A DNA stretch of 62,543 nt, filler included, from Platydemus manokwari (lineage: Eukaryota): NCBI GenBank assembly GCA_037951405.1. It is 5 parts of 5 records of this genome, joined end to end, with 100 filler letters (N's around TTAATTAATTAA, not from the genome) between each part and the next. Parts side by side here need not be neighbours in the genome. Positions count along the whole stretch, not along the records: positions 1 to 9,884 come from JBBMOY011192655.1; positions 9,985 to 23,414 come from JBBMOY011731397.1; 3 more parts are not named here. The stretch is one strand, 5' to 3'. Position numbers and translations under genes: made by a program. Below, piece after piece: positions 1 through 13,931 of this stretch (positions within the stretch are counted from its first letter, which is position 1; every line of letters begins with the position of its first letter). The notes beneath the pieces were generated by a model, which worked only from the letters and a program-made list of their open reading frames with translations, was not told the DNA's origin and did not search any database.

Positions 1-1007
1 TTTTCATAAAAATTAATGTTTTTGGCAATTTTAAATGATTTTTAAGGTGCGTCTAAAAATTTTAGCCGGACTGTATAAATAAGAATGCATGTATGCCATT
101 AAAATGCTTAACTTAGATCATGAAGAATGTATTTTTTTAAAAAAATCTTAATTAACTTACTTATAAATATTGATAACAATAATAATAATATTAATAATAA
201 TGCCGTCAAATAATCAGCACAGAAATCATGAATAATAATTGTCAATAATAATTGAAGACGAATAGTAAATAAATTATTATTTAATAAATTATTAGAAATT
301 ATTGAGAAAATAAAATAAGTTGTGTTAAGCACATCTACGTGGGTTTTTACACATGGAGTAACTTACCATTTCATAACAATCTGAATCAGATGTAAGATTA
401 ATATTTAATGGACCATTATTGTAGAAGTTAGTACAGTCCTAGCATAGTTTACTTCAACATATTTCATTGTATGGCATATTGTGTCCTAGCATAGTAATAT
501 CTGTGTCTAACAATAAACCAATATCAATGAGAATTTCTATGTTGGTAGTTTACTTTTACAAATCGGCGTAATTCCAGAATTGTGTGACAACATGTACAAT
601 GAATTAAGTATTTAAAACTTTCTGCATTGTTAGAAATAAATATAACTTTAACCTGTGAATGTGAGTGTTTTCACGTCACTTGCGATCCTCATTGGTAAGT
701 CAGATAGAAAAAAGGTTTCGTTATGAACTGAGTAGTAAGAAAACTTTTGTTTGTTTTATTTCGAATTTTATCTACTTACAATAGACAGGAAATAAAAGAT
801 TTACATTTACCATCTGATTAAGCATATGCATAGAGAGAGAATATTTTCTTAAATATTAATAAATGATAAATCTATTGCGATATATGTAATCTGGAATATG
901 AAATATTGTTACTTTTATATTGCTTTTTCTCGACGATATCATCATTTAATGGGATTGTATTTCTTAAATTAATTCATAATTATATCATAGATTTTAAATA
1001 ATTCCAG

Positions 1008-4000
1008 GCACAGATTGATCGATTCGATCATATTAGAAATGAGAGAAATGCATTTAATAGCCAATATGATTCAACAATTACCATGATCAATTCAATGACA
1101 ACAGATCTTATGGAATTGGATAAACTACAGGATCTGACATCACTCGATGATTATCAAAGATTTTTCAATGAAATTCAAGTATAATGTTATTTATAATAAA
1201 TATTTTATGGCCGAAATATTATCGCACTGTAATAAACCATATCATTTATTTTTTACATATAAAATATCGATGATGGTGTGATGACATTTTGTCAGTGAAT
1301 GAATGTATATTAGGCTTCTTTATTGTTTCTAACCAGGTCAAATTGGGATAATATTTCACAAATAATCTACGACAGTGGTGGCCAACCGGTCGATCGCGAT
1401 CGACTGGTCGACCTTGAAGCCAATTTTAGTTGGTCGCGTGAGATGTTATTCAAATGAAAAGTCGATCTTACGTACACAAAAGTTGGTCACCTCTGCTCTA
1501 CGACTATTACGTAACTGATTTATGGTTCTTTATTGTCACTCATCATTCAGTAATTAATTATAATGGCTGATATTATTATTTATCATAATTTCGACAACAA
1601 TGATAACAGAAAACAGTAGCCTATACTTCAATCTTTCTTTACTTACCAATTATATTGTGAACCCATTTGGTGAATCGATATTTGTTAACAAATATAAAAT
1701 GATTTTCTAAATGAATTGTGATGCCGTTTTTTTTAGCATTGTTTAAGGATGCATAGCAAATACTATTATATAAACCATCTAGATTTCACGATGGACAATA
1801 TGTAATCGACAAATTATCAGAAGACCCTTTTTATGTGCTTTTTAACGTATCAACCTACATTTTGAATCTCTAATTTATTCGGAATCCAAAACATCTATCT
1901 TGGAAAACTGGATTCTTTAAAATATCTCAAATAATTTTTAATGAAGAAATAATATATTGGAAATTTTCTAAACTTTCCTTCATCAGATTTTCAAGCTATC
2001 ATTATTATATTTTTAAGATTATTTAATTTCTTACGATTTGCTTAATAGTATCGAATTGTTTTTTATTATGGTTTTTTATAAATGAACGGTTTACCGAAAT
2101 GTGTACTTATAAGAAATTTCATAATCGCGGATTATTTCACTGAGACTATTATCACGAGACTAATTCACATGATTAATGTATATCAATTTGATTGTGTTTT
2201 CAAACATTTTTTTAAATTTTATTAATTTCAAATTTAATTAGGTATGCTCACCTTGATAATAATCTATAATGTCGTGTTTATTAACAAATTATTAATATTA
2301 AAACAACAAAAATGTAATTGAGATTGTGTAATTATATTAAATCAATAAAATACAATGAATGCAAGGAGAAAAAATAAACGTTTCAATTTCACTATGAGAA
2401 TTATTAGAATTCTAAAAATATATTCAAAACCACTATTCATTTATTTTAGAAGAATGTATTCGTTCAGCTCATTGGTTTCTAAAATCATGAATAAAAAGTT
2501 AATTAAACGAAATTTTTTAAAGACAACCCTGACCTTTTTTAATTAATTTTTTTGTTAAAATCTGTTTCTCAACTCTAGCCAATTCTTGATACCGATCATC
2601 GAATTTTTTGAAATAATTTTCAAGTTCTTTAATATCATCGAACGTTGATTCGATTCGACTCAAATTCTTTCGTATCATTATCAGATAATTTTAATTAAAA
2701 AAAAACCGTTATTTAAACACATTATTTTGAATTAAAAATGATTATTTTAGATTTATCATTATTTTATTAATCTGAATTTGTTATTCAATCTTAAATTTAT
2801 AATAATATATTTTTATTTTATCCCATATATTTATGTAAGTATAGAAATTCTATCTAATCCATACTATTCATAATAAATAGTTTTATTTTTGATACACATT
2901 ATTAAATATTGACTGCATTGAAGAAGTATATTTTTCCAAACATTATTCAATGAAAGGTTAATGATTTGTGCTTGAAAGTTATTGCAATTCCTATGGAACT
3001 TTTCAGATAACTGGTATCTCCGCTCGATTTGCTTTGAATTTTCCAGATATTGTTTTTGAATTTCACTGCTAGGTCACTTTTCGCCATAAGAACATAAGTT
3101 GAATTATTATATGTATATCTTCAATGGCTCAGACAGGAGGACGATCCAGCAGATTCTGACTATCAATGGAAATTAATAATAGAATATATAAAATAGTAGA
3201 TATCAATATTACAATTATTTTACCCCCAAGGCTTTGTTTTAAAAATATTCGATATCTATTAAGTGCAATATTATTATTATTATTATTAATAATAAAGGCA
3301 CTGGGACTACTATACTTATAATATATAAAATTATTATTAAACAAGGCTATCTATTAATTTATAAATATTCTATACAATAAATTGATCAAGTAACAAAGTA
3401 ATTTTTTATTTTATGTGTTATTTAATCTGAAATTCAAATGATCTATTATACATGTAATAAATTTAAAGCTCCTCGAATCCAAATTGACTAACGGAGAACG
3501 GATGGTTGAAGAATGCTTGTTAATGTTGAACGAATTAGCCATTCTATATGATTCCGACAAATTTCTGAACAAGCTTGCAAATTCAATCAAAATTGACTGG
3601 AAAAAGGCAAAAACAAAATTGATCGAACTGAAAAGTAGAATGAAACGAATGTCCGATGTTTTGACGTCATGTGATTCTTTGAATTATCAAATTGAAAGTT
3701 GGATAAGTGTGACTGACCTGGAAATTTCCAACATCGCAAGTGATGGTTACCAAAGCAATGATATTACTGATTTGAATCTGCAGAAATTAGATGTAGTTAT
3801 TATATTTGTTCATTATATTTGTTATTGTTCAGGATTTTACAAAATGTGATTGATTTTCTGTAAAATATAATATTTTATGAAGTAGATATGTTACACAAAA
3901 TCTCAAATAAAAAGCTTAAATTTCAATGGTTAAAGGATAAATGCTCTATTTGACAGATAAATGTGCTATTTCCATTTCCGATTCAATGTTATTCTGGATC

Positions 4001-4704
4001 AACAGAGTGCGATACACCAATCGGGTCTTCATCATTAAACACTGAATATATAAATCTCCAAACATTGTCTTCCACCCATTACACTGTTACAGTCTTTGTA
4101 ATCTAATGATATAATTTCTAAAATCAATTCCCCCACAACTCATCTTTCATCAATCCCAAAATATTTTCTTTCCCAAAAATTTGAATACCTTTTCTTCCTC
4201 TACTTAATAACAATCGTATGATTTTTTTTTCCATATTTTTAAGAATCCCATTGATAATTTCATGAAGACCCGAACTTAAATTAAAACTGGAATATTGATT
4301 ATACTGATTCATTAGTAAAAAGTCTCTTCTGTCTTCACGCATAGTGTTTGAATTGAAAGTCTGATTTGAAATAAAATTTTATTCAAAGACAGTATACAAG
4401 ACAGTTGATTTCATCGCATTTAAAACCAAAATTCATTTTCTGAGAAGCGATATATACTTTTGAATGCATAGTTATTTTTTCAATTTATTTTAGAATATGC
4501 TTTTGGAATCTGGATTTGTTAAAGATAAACTTTCAAAGCTTATCGAATTGTTTTACAAATCCCAACCATCTCCTGGATTTTCGAGATCTGTGGATCCCCT
4601 TATACTAGAAAAGAAATTTTCTGAAACTATGGGAAAAATAGGAGTAAGACAAACATTGTGTGTTATTAAAGATTATTATTACTATTATTGATGAAAACTA
4701 TTGG

Positions 4705-4746
<42 letters not shown>

Positions 4747-7700
4747 ATCCATTTGCTAGAAAATCAAAGATGATTTGGTCTTTACTCAATCCAATATAGA
4801 GAATTTACAACATGCTATGCAAGAAGGACAAATGTGGATTTTTGAAATGTCGCTGTTTGTTGATGATGAATTACATAAAGTTCAAAATATCAATAACATT
4901 ATCGATTTGAAAAATCGGTTGAAATTATACAAGGATATGAAATATCAAATTGAAAATTATAAAGAAAATACAATTAAACCGTTGGTTACAAGAGTGGCAG
5001 AGCTTGATAAGATGCCATTGAATCCAAACGCTATGAAATCAGAGATTTCCAGTAAAATCTTAAACATTAATAAATCGATTGGTTTGGTTGCCGCCAAAAA
5101 CGAAGATTTTAAAGTAAGGAATTTTTATCAAAACAGTATTTATTTTCGTGCTAAAGTTAAGAAAATGGGTCCTAAAATAAATTTTTTGATTTTTTGAGAG
5201 TATTACAAAAATCTATAAGCTTTATTTAATTATATTCTTTGAATACATTTTGAATTTTTTATTTACGCACTAGGAAGAATTTAAATTGTTGGAAATCATG
5301 TATTAAATAATATAGTTTCAAAATCTACCAAATTCGATTACATGAAAAGTAGAATCAAATAAGGTCAAATTGAAATTTATTTTCTTTTTTAATATTAGAA
5401 GCAACTTGAGACACACTTTAAATCTTTACAATTATTTGAGAAATACAAGTAATAATCGACTATTAAACATGTCATGAGTTTGCTAAGATCAATTATAATT
5501 AAATAAATTTAAATTGACATAATCAAAAAATCATGTACAAGTGTCGTGATTAGGTTTGTTCCTATTTGACATCCTAAATGTATGATTTTAACTGGATTAT
5601 AAGAATAAGTCAAATATCGCAATTGTATATAAAATTCAGTTATAAAAATACCTCATGTGCGAAAATTCATCATTACGAAAGTAGATCAAAAGAGCCCTTT
5701 TCTTAACTTAAACCCAAAAATGAAATTCAAGAGCAAAATTAAGAACTGTGCGGGGCTTATTATATGCAAATTAATTATTAAATTCGAATTTGTGTTAATA
5801 AAACATCAATTTAAATCAGAATGCCATCAAACAACGCTCAAGTGCAATCAGGAGATTACAAAATGTCATTGAAAATGTGGAATCTTTTCTCTATCAAGAG
5901 CTACCAGGATGGTGGATAGAAAATCAAAGTACTTTTACATCATCGGTCAATGATTGCGATGAAAAAATTGCAAAAGCTTGCGACCTGCTCGAGAAGGCAA
6001 AGGTAACGTAATAAAAGTATATTCATATAATAATAAATATTATTAATAATCATTGATTTGTCCTTGAAATTGGCTTCAAATCATAGTATTATTATTATTA
6101 ATATTATTATTTTATTACGGAATAATTATTTTTTATTAGTTTTTAAATATCGATTTCGATAAAGTGTCGAAAAGTCGAACACCCAGGCGTTGTTCTGCAT
6201 ATTCTGTATCACGACAATCTGAAAATTCGGACACAGTCTCCACTGGGTCTATTACATCTCAAAGTGATAATCTCTATAATGATCATTCTTTTCGGTTGAA
6301 ATTAGATTTGAAAAAGGCTATTGATCGAGTGAATTTTCTCATTTTGATATTGCGATTATAATTGGAGTACACCTTAGATACACCAAACTCTGAGGAATCT
6401 TGAAAATCATAAACAAAAATGGAACGAAATAGACAATGAAATCAATGAATTGTCGATGTATTTTGGCCGAGAAGCAGTGAGGCTGGGTCAAATAGTGTCC
6501 AATCCTCTGAAAGATGATGTAATGTTTGAACAATTCGAGGTGAGATCTATATTGATGTAAAGCATTTTTGAATTATTATTTCTCAGAAATTATTGGAAGA
6601 CTTAATCTCGAAAAGAAACAATTTAGACAATCTCAATCAACATATTCAGAAATTGAATGGAAACGAAGACAAGTATGGAGTCGTCAAATATGACAAATAT
6701 TCTAATTTGTGTAAAACCTATGGTGACTTGTTGCATAAAATGGAAATTATTCGTCAATCATTATCGGCTCTTGATGTTCCAGATTCAGTGGAAATCACGG
6801 ACAGTTATGAACTTTTAGATTTCAGTCAAAATGTCAACAGATTGGATTTCTTAGCGGTAATTTACCTTATTTTGTATAAGATTTAATATTTGATTTGTTG
6901 TTCTCATCAAACCGTTTCAGTTTCTTTTGTTGATGAGGCTTTTTGTTTCACAATAGATATATTCGCATTAATTTATGAGTTTAGATTTCAAAAAATCAGA
7001 TTTCAAATAAATTTTGAGATATACTTATTTATAATCATCACAAAATCATTAACATATCTTGATTGATTTCAAACTATCAATGGTCAGTTTAGATAAATCT
7101 ATTAAAGAAATTGTAATTCGATACATTCTTAAATAAAAATTTTTAAACTTAATATTTTGTTAGAAGAATTACAAATCTTTAACAATTTGTGACTTGACGG
7201 ATTTGTGTGATTTGAGAACTCGAATAAGATAGCATATAATATTAATAATGGTTCCCGTGTTTCAATACCAAACGTAATCTTGATTTTTCATGAAATTTTC
7301 AGCTCTTTTCAACATTTGAGATTTTTTTGGAGTCTTTCGGAAGTGAAGGAATAAAAAAAACAAGATCCTTTCTGTATTCTATAAAATCTATAAACCAATC
7401 AAATGAAGTTAGGCATCTTTCAAAATTGTATGAAGGTTGCGGACAACCACAAAATATGGAAAATGTTGAGAAAATTAATGCAGTTCGAAGGCTTAGTAGT
7501 TACTCATAAGTGGCTTATATCAATCTGTCGATAGAATCGAAAGCTGAATTTAAATTTGAGAAATAAAAGACTTGGTTAATGTGCCCTATGGTTCAAATCC
7601 ATCACCATAGTGAAAACCTAATTACAAAGTTCGCTTTTCTTATAGATAATTTAAATTATTTATTGAATTGCCTGAGGAATACAGAATATTTCTTGCCACT

Positions 7701-9521
7701 CGACCTTTCCTCTTTATGTCGTACCAGTTTGAGAACTATATATTAAACTATTTGGCACGAAAATTACTCAATCAGATTCAACAGTTTCGTTTTGAATTAG
7801 CCAAGACTTCAATCACCATTTCAGAAAACATTGCAGAAATTATTAAGAGATTTGATTCTTAAAGATCTTGAAAATAGCCTATTTGATAATTATTTTTCTT
7901 ATTCTGATTGGATTTGCTTATTCATTTTATTTTTCATACAATTATTAATTCCTATTTATCTTATATAGAATGGTTATTTTGATTTTTAAATCTACCTACA
8001 TTAAAAAACTATTATGTGATATATGATGTTATTTTTGTTACTATATATTTTATTATATTTTTCCAGTATTTACCAAGCAATATCAAAACTTACAAAATTT
8101 ATAATTGTCAAAATCAATTAATAAAGAAAATATCAGAATATTTTCAAGATAAAAATGATTTGTCAGTTATAATAAATGTTATAAACTCAAAATTAGAATT
8201 TCAAATATTAATATTCATCTCCCAGGTGGTTCGCTTCATGAATCTGTATTGGTTTAACTATACTGAGGATAATGTCGTGTCCAAAACAATTGAAGGCTGC
8301 AATTTTTATTTCAATGAACCGTACTAATCAGTTAGTACACAAAAAAATCTAAATCAACAAATACTCCATACATGAAAATATAAAGCAACGTCATAATACT
8401 CGGCTTCCAATAAGCAGTTGGCCATCTTTACATAAATATTTATGATTGAGATTTTTGTGAAAATTGTGTATCATGTTTTGATTTAATCGTTTATTTATCA
8501 AGTTCAATTTGGATATAATGATTTAGTGTTCTTTGGATAGGTCAATCCCTATTTGTGTTACTGTGTAGTTATGTTCATTTTTTGAAATAGAATCTTCCAT
8601 TTAAGATCTCTCTGATTGTCTGGTTAATAAGTCTGTTTGTAGGCATGCAAATTCTTAGTGTTAAAATAAGGGTTCCAATGTGCAAAATCGTTTTTCTTTT
8701 GTGTAATTTCTTCTTTGCTCAACAATAAGAACTAGTTTACTGAGAGTGTGAAATCGCTTTGTTTATTGTTGGTCTTCTATTGTAAGATCTTTATTTGGTT
8801 GTAAATTATTTAATAATTTATCATGATTAATATTTTAATAGATTCTTTTGTATTTATTGATGTTCTTTCATATGCATGTATTCGACGTTGTCGTTTAATA
8901 TCTAATTGTATTTTTCAGTTGTATCCCCAATCAGGAACACAAACTAATCGAAGTAAATCCATTCAAACATTGAGAAGATTCTCGTCAAATCCAGATTTAT
9001 TCAGTTTAACAAATATGAAACATACTCAAACAACAAGAGAGCTGGCAGAAAAGCGAAAAAAATTCGACCAGAAGATGATCCAGACAGTGACCGATATTGG
9101 AATTCAAGCATCTAAGGATTTCATGGTGTCGAAGAAATCAGGAAGATCTGGTCGAAAGACAAAGCGGTTCAAACGTCTGCAAGAACTCTTGGCTATCGTC
9201 AGAGATATCAGAGACGAAATATCTAGTTCAAATGCAGACATGTCCTTAGATAGTTCTAGAACACTTTGTTTGAAATCAGATAATCCATTACGTGAATCAA
9301 TGGAGTCTGTTCGTCATAACTTTAGTCCGTCGAAATCCATGAGAGTAAAATCTCCCCGGAAATCATCTCTTCGTCAATCATTTGAATTATTAGGTAGTCG
9401 TACATCACCCGCAGGATGCTTAAGTCCACCTGCAATGCGCATTGAATCGCCAAGAAAAAGTTCAAGAAGTCCTAAAAGATCAGCAAGAAAGATCAGTAAA
9501 CAAAACATATTTGCATTTTAG
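1008..9521 (+). CDS. 3' part of a multi-exon coiled-coil / spectrin-repeat-like protein gene (nesprin/dystrophin/plakin-like helical repeats) with a Ser/Pro/Arg/Lys-rich tail; 5' end probably upstream of the window
   Basis: AG/GT-bounded exons join in frame, all phase 0: 1008-1178, 3469-3792, 4494-4643, 4760-5113, 5820-6002, 6140-6328, 6378-6539, 6587-6856, 8919-9521. The helical heptad sequence has spectrin-like Trp positions (IESWIS, KIDWKK, KQKWNE, GQMWIF). The family assignment is an inference. Confidence 0.65.
1373..1495. mobile_element. 123-bp non-autonomous hAT-like MITE in an intron
   Basis: Imperfect TIRs CAGTGGTGGCCAAC / GTTGGTCACCTCTG, 8-bp flanks atctacga / ctctacga (7/8 TSD), internal GTCGATC subterminal motifs, and GC content well above the flanks. 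Confidence 0.75.
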
Positions 9522-9884
9522 ATTAGTATGATTACCCATCATTCCTTTAAAGATATTCAGAATTAGAAATCAGATTTTTCTACTCTCAACACTTTTTTGA
9601 AATATTTTACTGCAGATGACATTATTCACACTGTTTATTAGAACGTTATAAATTTTATTGTGTTATAAATACAATTAATTTTTGTTACTTTTCTGCATTA
9701 GGAAAGTTATAATCTTATAATTTCCAGATGTTTCTTGATTGTTATGAAAGTTGTTTTGCAATAACAATCAGAAAAATCCAAATCCTTGAATAACTGTGCT
9801 GTGAGCCTTAATTAAAATAATTTAAAATAACAACTTTTAAATTACGATTTAAAAGAATTTAATAAATTATAAAATTTAATATCT

Positions 9885-9984
9885 NNNNNNNNNNNNNNNN
9901 NNNNNNNNNNNNNNNNNNNNNNNNNNNNTTAATTAATTAANNNNNNNNNNNNNNNNNNNNNNNNNNNNNNNNNNNNNNNNNNNN
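9885..9984. other. Assembly spacer/gap (N44-TTAATTAATTAA-N44)
   Basis: The same 100-nt construct occurs at four sites; the 12-mer places stop codons in all frames. Confidence 0.97.
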
Positions 9985-12900
9985 TGAATCGTGGTTTTGA
10001 TTAGGTGAGTACCCTTGTAATGTTTTATGTGATATGTGGTCTTCCCGCTTCTTTTTATTACCGTATAGCCAGACTGCCATTTGGGTTGAAACTTAGAGCT
10101 TCTTGTGTGGTTTTTGTACATTACGTAGCTCCCTATTTTGATTTCTGGGATTCCTTTTTGTTGGATAATTATCTTTCTTTTCTTCTCTTCTTCTTCCAGC
10201 CTGTGTACATATTCTCTTTGTGCTATGTGTAGGTTCTGTAGTGTCATTTCGATAGGGTTGTCTCCTGTATACCATTGCCTGTACTGCATTATATTGTCTA
10301 ATGGTAACATGGGCTCTCTCCCGAATAACATGAAATATGGCGAGAAACCAGTATTCTTGTTTATGTTAGTGCGTGTGGCCAACAGCGCTGCGCCAATGTG
10401 TTTATCCCATTGATTATCTGTACTTTTCCTTATTAGCTTCGCGATGATGTCAATTATTACTCTGTGTATCCTTTCGTTCTTACCATTAGCCCGGGGCCAG
10501 TAGAATGAAGTTGTTCTATGCTTTATATTTAACTTTTTCAAAGCATTCTCAAAGTCTTTTGATGTAAACTCCAATGCATTATCTGAGAGGATTTCTTTAG
10601 GGGTAGAGTATCTACTAATGTACTCATTAATAAGTGTATCCATTATGGTTGAAGTAGACTTGTTAGATAGGGGAAACGTTTCTAACCATCTGGAATAGTT
10701 ATCCATTATGTGCAGCATGTACTTGTTACCCCTTTCTGTTGTATCATATGGGCCTGAAATATCTATTGAAACTAATTCGAAAGGAAAGATTTGTCTGTCT
10801 ATGATCATATTAGGACATTTATGACTGGTTAAGTTTCTTTCTTGGCATGCTCTACAAGAATCTATTATATTTGATACGTCCCTACTCATACTTTTCCAGT
10901 AATATTTCTTACTTAATGCTGTAATAACCTTGTTTCTACCTAAATGACCATTATGTTTGTGATATTGTGAAATAAGTTGTAGTTGTATGTCTAAAGGAAC
11001 ACAAATTCTTTCAATAGATCTAATGTCTTTACTGTCAATATAAAGTAAAATGTTTCTGTTCTTGTCTATTCTAAAATTAACATGCTTTTTGCTAAAATTG
11101 TCTTTTCTCAAGTCTGTTATTATCTCTTTCCATTCATCATCTCTTTCTTGTTGATTTATGGTGATATTAGCATTGTTTATGTTATGTTCAAACTCAGTGT
11201 CTCTAATTGTTAGTTGTGTTTGGGAGCAAGGTAAATCAGATGACGATGACTCTGATAAGCTATCCAGGTCAGATGTATTTGGGTCATCAGGTGGCTGATT
11301 TGTGTTTATTATGTTGACTTGCCAGTGCCGGTCATCGATTTCTGGGGACTCGTTTCCGCTTGATTGCTCTTGTTCGACGTCTACTCTTGACAGCATGTCA
11401 GCAAACGTGTTTGTTTTTCCACTAATGTATTCAATTGTTGGATTGTATGACTGGATATTTAGCGCCCATCTTTCGATTCTTCGATTTCCCATGTTCTTGG
11501 ACATCATTGCCTTTAGTGGTTCATGGTCTGTTCTGACGATTAGCTGAGATCGGTGCAAATAGAAGTGTAGTTTTTGTATGGCATAATAGACAGCAAATCC
11601 CTCACGCTCCGTCGTACTCCACTTCTGCTGGCTGGGAGAAAGCTTACGTGACAAGAAGCATATTGGCTTTTCGCTTTTGATCCCAGGTATGAACTCCTCT
11701 TCTTTTTCTCCTTGTTGACAAAGTATTGCTGAAACTGCAATTTGGGAAGCGTCTGTATACAAGTATAGTGGCTTATTAGGATCTGGGTATGCCAGTCTAG
11801 GTATTTGTAATAATGCATCTTTAAGTCTCTGAAATGCTTTCTGACAGTCGTCTGTCCACTTATATCTCACATTTTTCTTAGTGAGGGCTGTTAGTGGCTC
11901 TGCTATGTCGGAAAATCTGTTGATATACTTTCTATAAAACCCAATTGAGCCTAGGAATGCTCTAAGTTCTCTAATCTTTGTAGGATGGGGTAAAGCTTGT
12001 ATCACTTTTACTTTGTCTTCATCTGGTCTTATACCTTGTTTATCGACCACATAACCTAAGTATTTTACTTCTTGGTTTAGGAAGGTGCATTTGTTCAATT
12101 TTAATTTTAGATTGTGTTGACGCAAACGGTCGAAAACTTTTTCAACCTGTTTTAAGTGTTGAATCTTATCACCTTTTGTGTACACCAGAATATCATCCAT
12201 ATAAGCTAGGGTTGAATTTTGCATGTCTGCCAAGACGATATCCATCAAGGTTGTGAAAACTGCTGGGCTGTTTTTCAGGCCATATGGCATTACATTCCAT
12301 GCATATGTTCCTGTGTGAGTGGTAAAGGCCGCTTTTTCTTTAGCGCCTTCTGACATTTCTATCTGCCAGAAGCCTTGTATTAGGTCCAGATGGGAGAAAT
12401 AATCTGACCCTCCCAGTAGGCTTATTATGTCCTCTGCATTAGGCATAGAATAGCTGATGGTCTTCGTTATCTTGTTGAGAGCTCTGTAATCACAACAGAA
12501 ACGGCTGGAATTGTCTTTCTTGGGGACAATTATGATAGGTGAGACCCATTGTGTCTGAATTCTTTCAATTATGCCGTTTTCAAGCATGTCTTTGATTGCG
12601 TTCTCCACTATTTGTCTGTCTTTCATTGGAGTTTTAAAGTATCTTGGCTTAAATGGTTCTTCCTGTATTGTATCTATTGTCATTTTGACTGTAGACGTTT
12701 TTGTTAACTCCTTGTCTGTTAGCGCAAACATTTCGTGGTGTCGTAATACAAATTGTTCAACCAATTTTGTATTTTCTTCTGACGTATTTATTTGTGACTT
12801 TATTTCTTGTTCTCTCTCGTTTGTCAAGGCAATTTGCGACGGGTTTTTCTGCTGATACGGATTGACGTGGTTGCGAGTGTTGTAACGTGTAAAGTTGTTC

Positions 12901-13925
12901 TGCCTCATTTGTTGATGTGCTGAGAATCTATCCGTGTTCTGAACTTGGTGGGGCGTGGCTTGATTGTCGTGCTGTGTTGAGCGTGGTAGGCGGAACGGGT
13001 TTTGTTCGTTGTCAATTGTTCTTCGCCACTTATAAGTGTTCCGTTGATTGCACGATCTACATGTAGCATTGTTTCTGTTGTTTGCGTGTTCATACGTGTG
13101 TTGCCGACTGTTCTGATAATGTTTGTTGTTATGTCTCCTTTGAATTATTGAATAACTATAACTTGTATGAACTGTCTTATTAGGCTTGTTGCTTTCTTCG
13201 TTTTGTTGTGCCCGTGCTATAACACAATTCTTTCGCAGAGTGAATGTTTTTCCCGTGTGATTTAAGATCATAACTGGAAATGTTCTGTTTCTTTGTAAGG
13301 TTATTAAACCATCTACAGGATATATTAGCGGCTCTTCCATGATGTCTGTGTCTAGTTTTGTTATTTTTAGATCATCTCCAGGTTTATAGTAATGTTGTAT
13401 TGGTAATTTGGCACTTATTATGAATATGCTCATAGGTGTTATTACAGTGTTTTGATTTACTTTGACTAATGAGGATATATATTTGTCGTTTTCTAATTCT
13501 ACAACCTGGTTTCCTATGTGAAACAATTTGTTGCCGAAATCTATTGTTGCTTTATATTTATTAAAAAAGTCTGTTCCCAAAAGAATAGGTCTTCCTAAAG
13601 TTTTTACCACATAAAATCTGTGTTTGTAACGTTTACTGCCTAGTTTGAACTCTATATCAGTGCACCCCATTGTTTGAATTTGTTGTCTATTTGCTGACTC
13701 TAGTGTTATTATTTTATTTTGTAGTGGAAAACACGTTCTCCATCTTTTGTAAATGTTCCATCTAATAATTGAGATTTGGGCTCCTGTATCTAACAAAGAT
13801 CTGTATGGCTTTCCCTTAACTTTTATGATGCATGTGCTAAGGTCTGTGTTATATGTATTGTTGTCTCTGGGATAATTATTGGGTCCCGTTCTATATGTCC
13901 CAGGGCAAATAGTCGGGTTCTCTAG
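9985..13925 (-). CDS. pol: Gypsy Pol polyprotein (protease, RT, RNase H, integrase), expressed by -1 frameshift from gag; truncated at the gap
   Basis: Protease LLDTGAQIS; RT SPIIIVPKKD, DYRALN, MPYGLKNSP, YMDD; RNase H YTDAS, ERE, TDH; integrase HHCC (HKHNGH..CRAC) and DDE (IDISGP, SDNA, NERIH). The frame is open upstream to the slippery site at 13925-13931. Confidence 0.96.
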
Positions 13926-13931
13926 TTTAAA
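13867..13931 (-). promoter_or_regulatory. -1 programmed ribosomal frameshift signal (U UUA AAC slippery site plus predicted H-type pseudoknot)
   Basis: Gag ends CAT TTA AAC TAG with the heptamer in the correct phase, and the -1 frame runs without stops into LLDTGA. Downstream, stem CCCG(A)CUAU/AUAG(AA)CGGG forms and loop CUGGGA is complementary to a downstream UCCCAG. Confidence 0.85.

Noticed and set aside
45-75. Possible Tc1/mariner right end (...GCCGGACTG-TA)
   Set aside because: The partner TIR would lie outside the window, so this cannot be verified.
4708-4745. (TTA)n microsatellite (also ~39355-39410)
   Set aside because: Ordinary simple repeats in AT-rich DNA.
8823-8918. N-terminus of the 232-aa ORF as an independent gene start
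   Set aside because: T-rich intron-like sequence ending in TTTTTCAG at 8918; better read as the acceptor of a terminal exon.
9929-9940. TTAATTAATTAA palindrome recurring four times between N runs
   Set aside because: Identical N44/12-mer/N44 construct, so an artificial contig linker. It also supplies the false stop of the 1287-aa ORF, and adjacency across these gaps is unproven.
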